DNA of 64,000 nucleotides from Myxococcales bacterium (GTDB lineage Bacteria; Myxococcota; Myxococcia; Myxococcales; UBA5297): NCBI GenBank assembly GCA_050288705.1, contig JBNKEI010000093.1, positions 1,460 to 65,459 of the forward strand, read 5' to 3'. Shown piece by piece: positions 39,263 to 49,074 of this stretch (position 1 is its first letter; each line of letters starts with the position of its first letter). The notes under the pieces were generated by a model. It saw only the letters and a program-made list of their open reading frames with translations, ran no database searches and was not told where the DNA came from. The position numbers and the translations under genes were made by a program.

Positions 39263-41851
39263 TTATTCAAGCAAGCTATTGCTTAAGGCAGCTTTTCGGT
39301 GTTTCTCGAATACGATCGCCTCATTTTTAATGCGAACCCACACTTGATCCCCACTTTGAATCTTTCTTTGAATAATTTGCTCAGCCAAAGGTGCTTCTAC
39401 CAATCGCTGAACTGCTTGCCGCAGTGGACGTGCTCCTAATTCGGAATCAAACCCCCCGTGGACCAGCAAATACTCCACCGCTTCCGGAGTAGCTTGATAA
39501 CCAATCCCTTTCTCATTTTGAAGACGCCGAGACGAATCGCGGAGAACAATCTGAGCGATTTGGGAAATCTCTTCCTTTTTGAGCGGTTCAAAAACTAGAC
39601 GCTCATCCAATCGATTCCAAAGCTCTGCTGACAACTGATGACGAGCTATACTGAGCGCTCGATGCTTGGCATGGTCTGTTACTGAGCAAGAATTTTCTGC
39701 CAATCCAAACCCCAGCGGCTGATTCCTTTTTTGGAAAGCTTCCGACCCTAGATTGGCGGTCAAAATCACTACCGTGTTGGAAAAATCAATATGCCTTCCT
39801 TTTCCATCGGTCAAACGTCCTTCTTCCAAAACCTGAAGAAGAATCATCAATACCTCTCGATGTGCTTTCTCAATCTCATCCAACAACACTACTGAGGATG
39901 GGCGCTTGCGCACTGGCTCAGTTAGCTGTCCTGGTTCGCCATACCCTACATACCCAGGAGGAGCCCCCAATAATCGAGCGACTCCGTGTGCATCTGAACA
40001 CTCGGACATATCTACCCTGACCAAAGCGTCAGAACCGCCAAATAATAGGTCGGCTAGCACTCGAGCCAATTCAGTTTTACCAACTCCAGTCGGTCCCAGA
40101 AAGATAAACGATCCCATAGGCCGGCGCGACGAAAATCCAGCGTAATTGCGCCGCACTACTCTAGCTACTTTGCCAATAACCTTTTGGTGACCAATTACTC
40201 TTTTAGCGAGCTCTTCTTCCAATTGAAGAAGGCGTTCAGAATCAGAAAGCAACAACCTTTCTGTGGGAACTCCTGCCAATCGAGAAACAACACGCGCGAT
40301 CTCGGGCACTCCTACCGTAGCAGTACCTTCCCGCCGTGATCGCGACCCGGCCAAATCAACAATCGAGATTGCTTTATCAGGAAGAAACCGATCAGAAACG
40401 TATTTAGAAGCTAACGCAGCAGCAGCTTGTAGAGCAGAACGCTCGTAGGTCACCCCATGATGCGCCTCATATCGGCCAATTATCCCTGCCAATATCAGCT
40501 CAGTTTCGGCTACCGAAGGCTCGCAAATAGGAACCGGGGTAAAACGTCGCTCTAAAGCAGGATCCTGCTGAATAAATTTTCTGTATTCGTCATGAGTGGT
40601 AGCTCCGATGCAAGGAAAATCACCGCGAGCCAAAACACTCTTGAGTTCATTGGCTGCATCCTGTGGCCCTTCACCAGTTGACCCCGCACCAATCAGAGTG
40701 TGAATTTCGTCGATAAAAACAATAACCCGCCCGCTAGCTCGCCGCACCTCTTCTTTAATACCATTCAATTTCTCGCTAAATGATCCTCGCAAATGAGTAC
40801 CTGCTACTACTGAAGCCATATCCAGCTCGACTACCAGCCTCTCGCCTATGCCTTGCCCAGATAATTCCAGTAATTTGCAGGCCACGCCCTCTACTACCGC
40901 GGTTTTTCCAACCCCTGGTTCTCCCAACAAGCAGGGATTATTGGTGCGCCGCTTTCCCAAAATATCGATTATTTCTTCAATTTCGCCATTACGGCCAACA
41001 ACGGGATCAATCTGCGCATGAGCCGCCAATTGGGTCAGATTTCTTCCCAATGAAGTTAGCCAAGGATACTCTTTCTCAGAAAGCTCGTAAAAAGAGCCAG
41101 GCACGGAAACAGCGTCTTTCTTTTCCTCGACCGGCCTATACCAAGACTTTCTGTTTCGAGTTTGGGGAATCGATTCTAAAGGTTCTATTCGAGACTCGAT
41201 TTTGGGCAAAGACTTGGGCTCACCAATCCAATCCAAAGAGCGATAGTCATTTTCTGTCCGGCTTTCTATTGCATCTGAAGGTAAAACCGGTCTATCAGTT
41301 TTGGCTGCGGGAGGTGTAGAGGGAGCAGGAGTCCTAGCGAGCCGGTTTCTAGTCAGCGACGCCAGGTTGCTTCTTGGAGACATTGCGGAAGGAGCAGAAA
41401 AACCACTACCACGTTCCAAATTCATTAGGCGTCGTGGCATGTGCCCTCCAAGGTAGTAGGAAAGGGCGGTGTTGCGCAAACTTGCCAGATTAATGCCACT
41501 GCGCTTCAACAAATCTAGTGCCAGGCTTTGACGAGTTCTAGTAATTGCAATGAGCATATGGCCACAATCGACCTCAGATTGGCTGCAGTTTTGAGCAATC
41601 TCACGAGCTCGCCCAAGCACTTCTTGAGCTACCCCTTCAGCTTCTTTAGGTGTTTTGGTCATAAGCCCCATTAATAAATCTTCATCCACTCCCCTCTCTC
41701 GCAGCAGCACTTGTGCCCGATTAGGAACAGTAAACGCGGCCAACAAAAGATGAGCTGAAGTAGTCTGGTGGCCTACATTCTTAGCAATATCTTCTGCCTC
41801 AGCAATGACCTGGGCAAGCTCAGTAGAATCAATAGCCATGGGCTTTCGCAA
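39263..41851 (-). CDS. ClpA/ClpC-type double-ring AAA+ unfoldase with a long linker after the Clp_N domain
   Basis: Clp_N repeats (SAHLLLAAF.., CGHMLIAIT..). D1 has Walker A GEPGVGKT and Walker B VFIDEIH. D2 has Walker A GPTGVGKT and Walker B LLDEIEKA. There is a PLGFG loop and no long ClpB-type middle domain. The start is TTG 41851 or ATG 41839. Confidence 0.92.
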   Translation of the reverse strand: MRKPMAIDSTELAQVIAEAEDIAKNVGHQTTSAHLLLAAFTVPNRAQVLLRERGVDEDLLMGLMTKTPKEAEGVAQEVLGRAREIAQNCSQSEVDCGHMLIAITRTRQSLALDLLKRSGINLASLRNTALSYYLGGHMPRRLMNLERGSGFSAPSAMSPRSNLASLTRNRLARTPAPSTPPAAKTDRPVLPSDAIESRTENDYRSLDWIGEPKSLPKIESRIEPLESIPQTRNRKSWYRPVEEKKDAVSVPGSFYELSEKEYPWLTSLGRNLTQLAAHAQIDPVVGRNGEIEEIIDILGKRRTNNPCLLGEPGVGKTAVVEGVACKLLELSGQGIGERLVVELDMASVVAGTHLRGSFSEKLNGIKEEVRRASGRVIVFIDEIHTLIGAGSTGEGPQDAANELKSVLARGDFPCIGATTHDEYRKFIQQDPALERRFTPVPICEPSVAETELILAGIIGRYEAHHGVTYERSALQAAAALASKYVSDRFLPDKAISIVDLAGSRSRREGTATVGVPEIARVVSRLAGVPTERLLLSDSERLLQLEEELAKRVIGHQKVIGKVARVVRRNYAGFSSRRPMGSFIFLGPTGVGKTELARVLADLLFGGSDALVRVDMSECSDAHGVARLLGAPPGYVGYGEPGQLTEPVRKRPSSVVLLDEIEKAHREVLMILLQVLEEGRLTDGKGRHIDFSNTVVILTANLGSEAFQKRNQPLGFGLAENSCSVTDHAKHRALSIARHQLSAELWNRLDERLVFEPLKKEEISQIAQIVLRDSSRRLQNEKGIGYQATPEAVEYLLVHGGFDSELGARPLRQAVQRLVEAPLAEQIIQRKIQSGDQVWVRIKNEAIVFEKHRKAALSNSLLE

Positions 41852-42054
41852 AATCCCCTCGAAGATTTTTTCAACGTTCTACCCGAGCATTTGCCGATAG
41901 CCAACAAGCATTTCGTTGGTTCGTTTATTGCGTAGGTAAACATAGAAAAGCAGGATGATGGTGAAGACGATCTATAGGCGAAGATAACCCCATAAAGATA
42001 GCCCCAAATTAAACCCAGGGTGACTTTGCCAGCCAAAGAGCACAAAACGGGGAT

Positions 42055-42109
42055 TTGACAACTGCCTAAGAATTAGGAGGATTGACAACAGGCCATTGCA
42101 ATTTTGTCA
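42055..42109. promoter_or_regulatory. Repeated TTGACAAC boxes and a TGACAA/TTGTCA inverted repeat in a divergent promoter region
   Basis: TTGACAAC occurs at 42055-42062 and again at 42082-42089. TGACAA (42083-42088) is mirrored by TTGTCA (42104-42109). The region lies between the divergent clp-like and DUF3419 genes. Confidence 0.25.
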
Positions 42110-42172
42110 TTCTTCACGATAGCTCAATAATCTGGTTAGTTGACCTTTTGATAAACGCTAGCATTTAGGGGA

Positions 42173-43348
42173 ATGAACTTGGGAACCGGTTGGATACCTC
42201 ATGTAGCCTCTTCGATGGCACTAACCCGCACTGAAGAGCTTTCCGAAAAAATTGTCGCGAAAAGCGCCCCCCTCAAATTCTCAGTGGTAAGAGAAGACCC
42301 GCGTCTAGAAGAGAGTCTTCTCGATAGCTTGGGGTCCAGTCCAAAAAAGATTTTTTGCGTGGCGGGAGCTGGATGCTCTCTTCTGCAGATTTCTTTACGC
42401 TCTGACACCGATCAGGTGGTGGGAACAGACATCGATCCTTGCCAAGCGGCTTGGTCGCGTTTACGTTTGGCTGCCGTTCGCTTGCTAAATCGAAAAGACT
42501 TTTGCCGGTTAATGGGAATCTCGCAAATTGATCCTTCGGTCCGCGAGACACTCATGACAAAAGTAGTACAAGTCCTTCCGCCAGAAGACCGCGCTTTTTT
42601 CAAAAGTGAAAAAACCTTTTTTATAAATGGTGCTTTTGACGATGGCATTTTCGAACGCCTATTTTCCTGCTGGCGCAGCTTCGTAGAAAAATTCTTTGCT
42701 TCCCAAAAACAACTCCAAGACTTTTTCGACGGTCACCCTTTGGCTATCCAGGCCATAATCCAATCGGAATTATGGCCAGTTTCTTTTGATCTATTTTTTC
42801 ATCAGCGGCTTCTAAAAGCGCTTTTCGGCAGTAACGCTCTCCAGCACGCACCTCCAGGCAGCTATCCTCGCTACTTTCAAGCACGTTTTGAATGGGCGCT
42901 AGCGCAGCCCGAGGCGTCACGCAATCCATATCTTTCCCATGTCTTGCGCGGTAGATACGGACCACTCGATCAACCCTATGCCTTGCCTGACTTTTTGCAA
43001 TCATCAAACTATGATCGCCTAGCGGAAAGCGTTGGCAAAGTGACTTGCTTGACCGGAAACATAGAGGAAACTCTCGCTTCCTATCCTGGTCCGTACCATC
43101 TCATTCAGTTATCCAACATTCTCGACTGGTCCACCGAAGAGGATTCAGAAGCGATTGCCAAGCCGGTTTTGGAAAACCTGGCGCCAGGAGGATACCTTCT
43201 TGTTCGACAACTCAACAATGTTAGACCCCTGCCTAGCCTATGGATGCGAGAATTGGATTTCGACCCAACTGTGGAACGTGAACTTCTCTCTACTGATCGC
43301 AGTTTTTTCTACTCAGCAATCCGCGTAGGAAAAAAACCAGCAAAATAG
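42173..43348 (+). CDS. DUF3419 / BtaA-like SAM-dependent transferase homolog
   Basis: The N-terminal pattern VVREDPRLEESLL..KIFCVAGAGCSLLQ..VVGTDIDPCQAAWSRLRLAAV and the C-terminal IQLSNILDWS resemble the DUF3419 (BtaA) family as I remember it. The start is ATG 42173 or 42215. Confidence 0.7.
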   Translation: MNLGTGWIPHVASSMALTRTEELSEKIVAKSAPLKFSVVREDPRLEESLLDSLGSSPKKIFCVAGAGCSLLQISLRSDTDQVVGTDIDPCQAAWSRLRLAAVRLLNRKDFCRLMGISQIDPSVRETLMTKVVQVLPPEDRAFFKSEKTFFINGAFDDGIFERLFSCWRSFVEKFFASQKQLQDFFDGHPLAIQAIIQSELWPVSFDLFFHQRLLKALFGSNALQHAPPGSYPRYFQARFEWALAQPEASRNPYLSHVLRGRYGPLDQPYALPDFLQSSNYDRLAESVGKVTCLTGNIEETLASYPGPYHLIQLSNILDWSTEEDSEAIAKPVLENLAPGGYLLVRQLNNVRPLPSLWMRELDFDPTVERELLSTDRSFFYSAIRVGKKPAK

Positions 43349-43352
43349 CCGT

Positions 43353-45179
43353 TCAGGAGTCGAAATCAACTACCACTCTCGCCACTTGGTTTGGCTTAAC
43401 TTGTACCGCAACTTTTTTTGCTTTCCGCAAATCTTCATTTACCACCGTGAACTGGTATTGACCTTCCAACAACGAAAACTGAGGCAAAGGATTGGCGCCA
43501 AGCTGCTGCCCGCGTAAATAGATTTCGGCATTCGTGTTGATTGGTTTGACAACAATACAAACCTCTCCCCGTCCGAACTGGTAGGTCTTTTCAACGGTTT
43601 GGTCTGATGGAACGACTATCTCAATATTTTGCTCCAATCTTTGTTGCTGATTAACCAAGGCAAGTTGTTGCCGCCCAGCAGGAAGACGAATACGTAGAGG
43701 AGTCTTGCCTAATCTATTTGGTCCCTGCCACAAATAGGCTTGGGGATCGCTATTTATCACCAGAACACCAAATCCACTGAGGACTTCTTTTTGATTGAGT
43801 TCCCTTGAATCTTTCTTGATTCTTCTGCGAACCAAGCCCTGGGGAATCCACCCTGGTTGCTTACTTTCCGCGGAAATCGGTAACACCGCCGCTACTCTGT
43901 CTCCTGGAGTACCGAATCGGGAAAGAAATAAATCCAAAAATGCTTCTCCAGAAGAAACTTTTTGGCAGGCAACACAAACACCTGGTCCCGCCTGAGACTG
44001 ATAGAGAAATACCGCCGCCAACAATGTTGATGTGAGCGCCAAACCTACGGCTGCTTTTTGACGAAAACGTTTTTTTAAAAAACGCGATATTGAGCAGCTG
44101 GAAATCGATGCCTTTTTGGAGCCTAGGGAAGCTTCTTGACGAGGAGAAGACGATTCACATGCCGCATTGTCCTTTTCTAGACGGCTAATTCTACTACTCC
44201 AGAACTTTTCCTGGTGAACCTCCGGAATAGAAACCGCCCACCCCTCGGTTTTTTCTCTTTCTAGACGTTCGCTGTAAATCGAACCAAGGTATCTGGCTAA
44301 ATGAGTTGACGACGATACATTACGATGCGCCAGAAGCCAGTCTTCGATTTTCGTACGAAATTCCAGCATATCTCGGTAGCGATCGGCTGGTCTCTTTGCC
44401 AAAGCCCTCAATACTATCGCGTCTAGCTCGGCGGGCACTCGCGAATTGACCAACGACGGCGGAGAAACCTTACACTCTCCCACTGCAGCTAAAGTCTGAA
44501 TATCGGTTCTGCGCTTAAATAGACGCGTAAGCGTGAGCAGCTCATAAAAAATAATACCCAGAGCAAACTGATCAGTTTTCCAATCGACTTCATGACCACT
44601 AGCTTGTTCCGGACTCATATAGGAGTATTTCCCCTTAAGGACTCCCGGATGAGTATTGGTAGCCTGATCAGTCGCTTTTGCAATGCCGAAATCAACTACT
44701 TTGACCGCTCCATCGAATGATACAAGTATGTTTTGGGGTGACACATCGCGATGCACTATGTGCAATGGCTCTAGATTAGTTCCAGCCTTTTTATGCGCAT
44801 AATCGAGACCAGCGGCAGCTTCAATAATAATCCTGCACGCCAATGGTACGGGAATAGGACTTCCTACTTCTTCGGAATGCCTCCATATTCTGCGTAAGTC
44901 TTCCCCGTGAACATATTCCATGGCAATGAAATACGAGCCCAACGACTCACCAAGGTCAAAAACCTGAGCAATATTGGGGTGATTTAATCTAACCGCAAGC
45001 CGCGCCTCCTGAAGGAACATGTCCACGAATTCGCGATTTTCCGCCAAATGAGGCAGAATCCGTTTTATAACTACGTATTTCTCGAATCCCTCCGGCCCTA
45101 CCCGCCGAGCCAGAAAGATCTCTGCCATACCGCCCGCAGCGATTTTTTTCACTAACTCAAATCGGCCAATCTTTTCCAT
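43353..45179 (-). CDS. Hanks-type Ser/Thr protein kinase with TM segment and tandem C-terminal PEGA-like domains
   Basis: ATG 45179 (MEKIGRFELVKKIAAGGMAEIF). Kinase motifs VVIKRI, HRDVSPQNIL, VDFGIA and YMSPEQ. TM segment AAVGLALTSTLLAAVFLY. PEGA-like segments VLVINSDPQAYLW.. and CIVVKPINTNAEIYL... Confidence 0.92.
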   Translation of the reverse strand: MEKIGRFELVKKIAAGGMAEIFLARRVGPEGFEKYVVIKRILPHLAENREFVDMFLQEARLAVRLNHPNIAQVFDLGESLGSYFIAMEYVHGEDLRRIWRHSEEVGSPIPVPLACRIIIEAAAGLDYAHKKAGTNLEPLHIVHRDVSPQNILVSFDGAVKVVDFGIAKATDQATNTHPGVLKGKYSYMSPEQASGHEVDWKTDQFALGIIFYELLTLTRLFKRRTDIQTLAAVGECKVSPPSLVNSRVPAELDAIVLRALAKRPADRYRDMLEFRTKIEDWLLAHRNVSSSTHLARYLGSIYSERLEREKTEGWAVSIPEVHQEKFWSSRISRLEKDNAACESSSPRQEASLGSKKASISSCSISRFLKKRFRQKAAVGLALTSTLLAAVFLYQSQAGPGVCVACQKVSSGEAFLDLFLSRFGTPGDRVAAVLPISAESKQPGWIPQGLVRRRIKKDSRELNQKEVLSGFGVLVINSDPQAYLWQGPNRLGKTPLRIRLPAGRQQLALVNQQQRLEQNIEIVVPSDQTVEKTYQFGRGEVCIVVKPINTNAEIYLRGQQLGANPLPQFSLLEGQYQFTVVNEDLRKAKKVAVQVKPNQVARVVVDFDS

Positions 45180-45314
45180 AATTGCGCGACAGGCCCCCAA
45201 AAGAACGCATCGATCTTATTCTCCAATCACAAGTGCGTCAATAAAGGAAAATAGGCGCACACGCAGCCTGACAGACGAACGACAAAGAAGATGAAACGTC
45301 TTTTTCTGGACCCG

Positions 45315-45346
45315 AAAAAAAGAAGCCGCCGAGTTTCCTCGACGGC
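45315..45346 (-). terminator. Orphan rho-independent terminator on the minus strand
   Basis: On the minus strand: GCCGUCGAG (45346-45338), loop GAAA, CUCGGCGGC (45333-45325), then UUCUUUUUUU (45324-45315). No annotated minus-strand gene lies upstream of it before tilS. Confidence 0.7.
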
Positions 45347-45451
45347 TCCGTGGACCCAGAGGGGGAGGGGGGGACCCCTGGGCCCAACAACGAACTTAAT
45401 GTTACGGCCTACGACTCTATACTTGGCCGCCTAATTTTGGTACTACTCCTG
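45315..45451 (-). ncRNA. Candidate ~135-nt C-tract small RNA
   Basis: TTGGTATAGAAT is on the minus strand at 45469-45458. C7-T-C5 tract at 45373-45361, preceded by GGGGT. The terminator is at 45346-45315. No minus-strand ORF of 60 aa or more is present. Confidence 0.35.
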
Positions 45452-45610
45452 AATATCATTCTATACCAAAAACGGTTAAAACTTAAAACCACCTGGCGAC
45501 AACCATCTTGTCGACCACTTCATTCCGTTGCACCGTAACGTCTATTTTCCATTTATAACATAGTTTACAATTTGCGCCACATCAAAAATTTACAACCTCA
45601 CTGAAAAAAT

Positions 45611-46978
45611 ATGCCCTCCCCTCATTCACTGGTTTCAAAAATTCGCCGCAGCGCCCAAGCCCTGGACTTTTCGAACAAAAGAGTTCTGCTAGCAGTTTCT
45701 GGCGGTCCTGATTCAGTGGCAATGCTTCTGGCGTTCACTGAGCTTTCCGAGCCCATGAATCTTCAGCTGCGAGTTGCCACCATTGACCACGACCTACGGC
45801 CAGATTCTTGGGACGACTGCCTATTTGTTTCTGACCTATCGAAACAATTAGGGCTTAAGTGCGTCATCCAGAAGGTTGCCATCAATAACACGAAAGGACT
45901 GGAAGCGGCTGCTCGCCAGGAGCGATATCAATCTTTGGAAAGAATCGCTAGAGAAGGCAGCGAGCAAATAATCGCCACTGCCCATACCCTAGAGGATCAG
46001 ATAGAAACTATCTTGATGCGCTTGGGCCGCGGCGCAGGAACGCAAGGCCTCAGAGGAATACTTCCGAAGCGTGGCCTAATTGCCCGGCCAATGCTAGAAG
46101 TTTCCCGCGAGGAAGTAGCGGATTTTCTACGCCTTCGCCAAACAATAGCCCGGCAAGACTCAACCAATTCGTGCACTGACTTTACGCGCAATCGAGTGCG
46201 AGCTTGGGTATTACCAGCCTTGTCGAAGTCAATAGGCAAGCAATCATTTGCAGCCATAGCGCGAACATGCATGGTTGCCCAGGAAGATCAGTTGTTCTTG
46301 GAATCGGTAGCTCATCACAGATTTAGAACACTGTTCCGGCAGAACGACACTTCTCTGCAAGGAAATATTGAGCAAATAACCAAATTACCCACCGCACTGC
46401 GGTGGCGAGTATTACGCATGGCGGCAGAAAAGATGGGCATTTCAGCACTATGGGCTCATATTTACTCCATGGACGAGGCGCTATTTTCTTCACGAAAGCA
46501 TCCCATCACCGTAACTCTGCCCGACAACTTAGAGTTTTCTGCCTCCTATGGTCAATTTCAGATTGGCCAGAGCATTATTTCCCGGAAAACTCTCCTAACC
46601 TCTCGGGGGTTAGAATGCATTATTAGAGGACCAGGTCTCCATCATTTTGGTTCCCTGGAGATACACGTCAACCAAGCCATTAAACCAGGCCCCGCTACGC
46701 CAGGCACCATTCGCATTGACCCCAACTCAGTCAAACTTCCTCTAAAAATTCGCTATAGAAAGCCAGGTGATCGCTTTCGCGCCTTAGGAGGACATGAAAA
46801 AAAACTCAAGTCGTTTTTGATCGACCAAAAAATTTCGCGTCATCTTCGCGATTCGCTTCCTTTGCTCACCGACTCTTCAGAGAGAATTCTATGGATTCCA
46901 GGGATCAAGTGCTCGGATGCGGCCAGGCAAGGTGAGAATGCAAAATATTCCTGGCAGATTGAGATTAGGTCTTCTTAA
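45611..46978 (+). CDS. tilS: tRNA(Ile)-lysidine synthetase
   Basis: PP-loop VLLAVSGGPDSVAML. Length and position immediately upstream of ftsH are typical for tilS. Confidence 0.9.
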   Translation: MPSPHSLVSKIRRSAQALDFSNKRVLLAVSGGPDSVAMLLAFTELSEPMNLQLRVATIDHDLRPDSWDDCLFVSDLSKQLGLKCVIQKVAINNTKGLEAAARQERYQSLERIAREGSEQIIATAHTLEDQIETILMRLGRGAGTQGLRGILPKRGLIARPMLEVSREEVADFLRLRQTIARQDSTNSCTDFTRNRVRAWVLPALSKSIGKQSFAAIARTCMVAQEDQLFLESVAHHRFRTLFRQNDTSLQGNIEQITKLPTALRWRVLRMAAEKMGISALWAHIYSMDEALFSSRKHPITVTLPDNLEFSASYGQFQIGQSIISRKTLLTSRGLECIIRGPGLHHFGSLEIHVNQAIKPGPATPGTIRIDPNSVKLPLKIRYRKPGDRFRALGGHEKKLKSFLIDQKISRHLRDSLPLLTDSSERILWIPGIKCSDAARQGENAKYSWQIEIRSS

Positions 46979-47135
46979 TATAAGCAATTCGCTTTCCATT
47001 CTGCTAAAAGAGGTATCGGTATAAGATTGAATAAGATGAATAAGTTGAGGCATCTGAGCGTTGCTGCTACGATCGGATTCGCTCGCGTGTTTGATCGAGC
47101 ACCGGTTTTTCATAGCCGAGAGCGGAAGGGAACGA

Positions 47136-49070
47136 ATGCGTTCAAATTTCAAAAGCATACTGTTGTGGATTGTGCTGATCGCGGTTTTTATCGGCCTATT
47201 CAAGGTTTGGTTCAAGCAAGATGAAAAAAACATCCGAGAAATTGACTTCAGTGAGTTTCTGCAGAAGGCAGATAACCGCGAAGTTGTTTCGGTCACCATT
47301 AAGGGACTGGAATATCACGGCAAGCTAAAAGATAACGCCGAGTTCGTCAGTCGAGGCCCTGCGCTGGTTGATTCGCAGTTGCTTTCTCGTTTAGAAAAAG
47401 ACGGGGTGAAGTATCGATATGAAAAGGAGGAACAGAACGGAGTCTGGGTACAAGTTCTACTACAAGGATTACCGCTAGTCTTTCTCTTCTTGTTTTTTGT
47501 GATTTTCATGCGGCAACTCCAAGCAGGCGGCGGAAAAGCCATGAGCTTTGGAAAATCAAAAGCAAGACTCCTATCAGAACACCGCAACAAAATCACTTTT
47601 GCCGATGTAGCCGGCATAGATGAAGCCAAGGAAGAACTAGAAGAAATAATAGCTTTCCTTAAAGATCCTAAGAAATTTACCAAACTTGGCGGTAGAATTC
47701 CTAAAGGCGTTTTGCTAATGGGTTCTCCCGGTACAGGCAAAACTCTAATGGCGCGAGCTATTGCTGGCGAGGCGGGAGTTCCCTTCTTTTCCATTTCGGG
47801 GTCCGATTTCGTGGAAATGTTTGTGGGAGTAGGCGCCAGTCGAGTTCGCGATCTTTTCGAACAGGGCAAAAAAAATGCCCCTTGTATAGTTTTCATCGAC
47901 GAAATTGACGCGGTAGGTCGCCACCGAGGCGCAGGCTTAGGCGGCGGGCATGATGAACGCGAACAGACGCTCAATCAGCTTCTGGTGGAAATGGATGGCT
48001 TTGAAGCCAACGATGGCGTCATCTTGGTAGCGGCTACCAACCGGCCTGATGTACTTGATCCCGCTTTATTGCGACCTGGTCGATTTGACAGGCGAATTGT
48101 GGTTCCTCGTCCAGATGTGAAAGGTAGATTTGGTATTCTCCAAGTTCATACTCGCCGAACTCCGCTAGCTCCCGAAGTTGATTTGGAAATAATCGCTAGA
48201 GGTACGCCTGGTTTTGCAGGAGCCGATTTAGAAAACTTGGTCAACGAAGCCGCTTTGCTCGCTGCTCGCCAAAGCAAAGAAATGATCGACATGTCTGATT
48301 TTGAGTCGGCTAAAGACAAAGTGCTGATGGGAGTGGAACGTAAAAGTATGATTATCTCCGAAAAGGAGAAACGCAACACTGCCCACCATGAAGCAGGCCA
48401 TGCATTGGTGGCCAAAATGCTTCCTGACACTGACCCGGTGCATAAAGTTACGATTATTCCTCGAGGACCAACATTGGGAGTAATGCAGCAACTACCTTCC
48501 GAAGACCGCTATAATGCTTCCCGCGATTATGCAAAAAAGCGGATTACCATAGCGCTAGGAGGCCGAGTTGCTGAGGAGCTAGTCTTTCACGAAATGACTA
48601 GCGGAGCTTCCAATGACATTGAGCAAGCGACCGACTTAGCTCGCCGAATGGTTTGCGAATGGGGAATGAGCGAAAAGCTTGGTCCGCTGTCTTTCGGCAA
48701 AAAAGACGAAGCAGTGTTTTTAGGAAGAGAAATTGCTCGTTCAGCAGATTACAGTCCAGAAACAGCAGTGCAGATTGACACTGAAGTTAAAGCCATTGTT
48801 ATGGAGGGCTATAATCATGCAAAAAAAATACTTTCCGAAAACATGGCTGTCTTGGAGCGCATTGCCAATGCCTTGCTAGAATATGAAACTCTCGATAGCG
48901 AAGACATCAATCTTCTTATTTCAGGTAAAGAATTGTCCAAGCCAAAGCCTACCCCGAAGACTACTTCTTCTCCTCCTAAGACTGAAAAGAAAGAAAAGAA
49001 GAAAATTCTTGATGCATTGGAAGGATTAGGAAAGCTTCCGGAAACCGAGCCAAACAAAGCCGCAGGATAG
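47136..49070 (+). CDS. ftsH: ATP-dependent zinc metalloprotease FtsH
   Basis: ATG 47136 (GGAAGGG upstream). N-terminal TM helices, Walker [10 protein letters not shown], Walker [10 protein letters not shown], the SRH region and the zinc motif HEAGHAL. Confidence 0.97.
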   Translation: MRSNFKSILLWIVLIAVFIGLFKVWFKQDEKNIREIDFSEFLQKADNREVVSVTIKGLEYHGKLKDNAEFVSRGPALVDSQLLSRLEKDGVKYRYEKEEQNGVWVQVLLQGLPLVFLFLFFVIFMRQLQAGGGKAMSFGKSKARLLSEHRNKITFADVAGIDEAKEELEEIIAFLKDPKKFTKLGGRIPKGVLLMGSPGTGKTLMARAIAGEAGVPFFSISGSDFVEMFVGVGASRVRDLFEQGKKNAPCIVFIDEIDAVGRHRGAGLGGGHDEREQTLNQLLVEMDGFEANDGVILVAATNRPDVLDPALLRPGRFDRRIVVPRPDVKGRFGILQVHTRRTPLAPEVDLEIIARGTPGFAGADLENLVNEAALLAARQSKEMIDMSDFESAKDKVLMGVERKSMIISEKEKRNTAHHEAGHALVAKMLPDTDPVHKVTIIPRGPTLGVMQQLPSEDRYNASRDYAKKRITIALGGRVAEELVFHEMTSGASNDIEQATDLARRMVCEWGMSEKLGPLSFGKKDEAVFLGREIARSADYSPETAVQIDTEVKAIVMEGYNHAKKILSENMAVLERIANALLEYETLDSEDINLLISGKELSKPKPTPKTTSSPPKTEKKEKKKILDALEGLGKLPETEPNKAAG

Positions 49071-49074
49071 CCAA

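Noticed and set aside
45350-45538. 62-aa plus-strand ORF (GTG start, MDPEGEGGTPGPNNE...) in the kinase-tilS intergenic region.
   Set aside because: It reads straight through the G-rich tract (hence the Gly/Pro run), has no ribosome-binding site and runs antisense to a strong minus-strand terminator. It is more likely non-coding.
47315-47974. 219-aa minus-strand ORF antisense to ftsH. Similar long antisense ORFs lie at 40780-41319 (in the clp gene), 31763-32284 (prkA/yhbH junction), 56884-57372 (TPR gene), 61155-61610 (korC) and 46889-47299.
   Set aside because: Each lies entirely or largely inside a strongly supported gene on the other strand and has Ser/Arg/Pro-rich mirror-frame composition. 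These are typical antisense artefacts.
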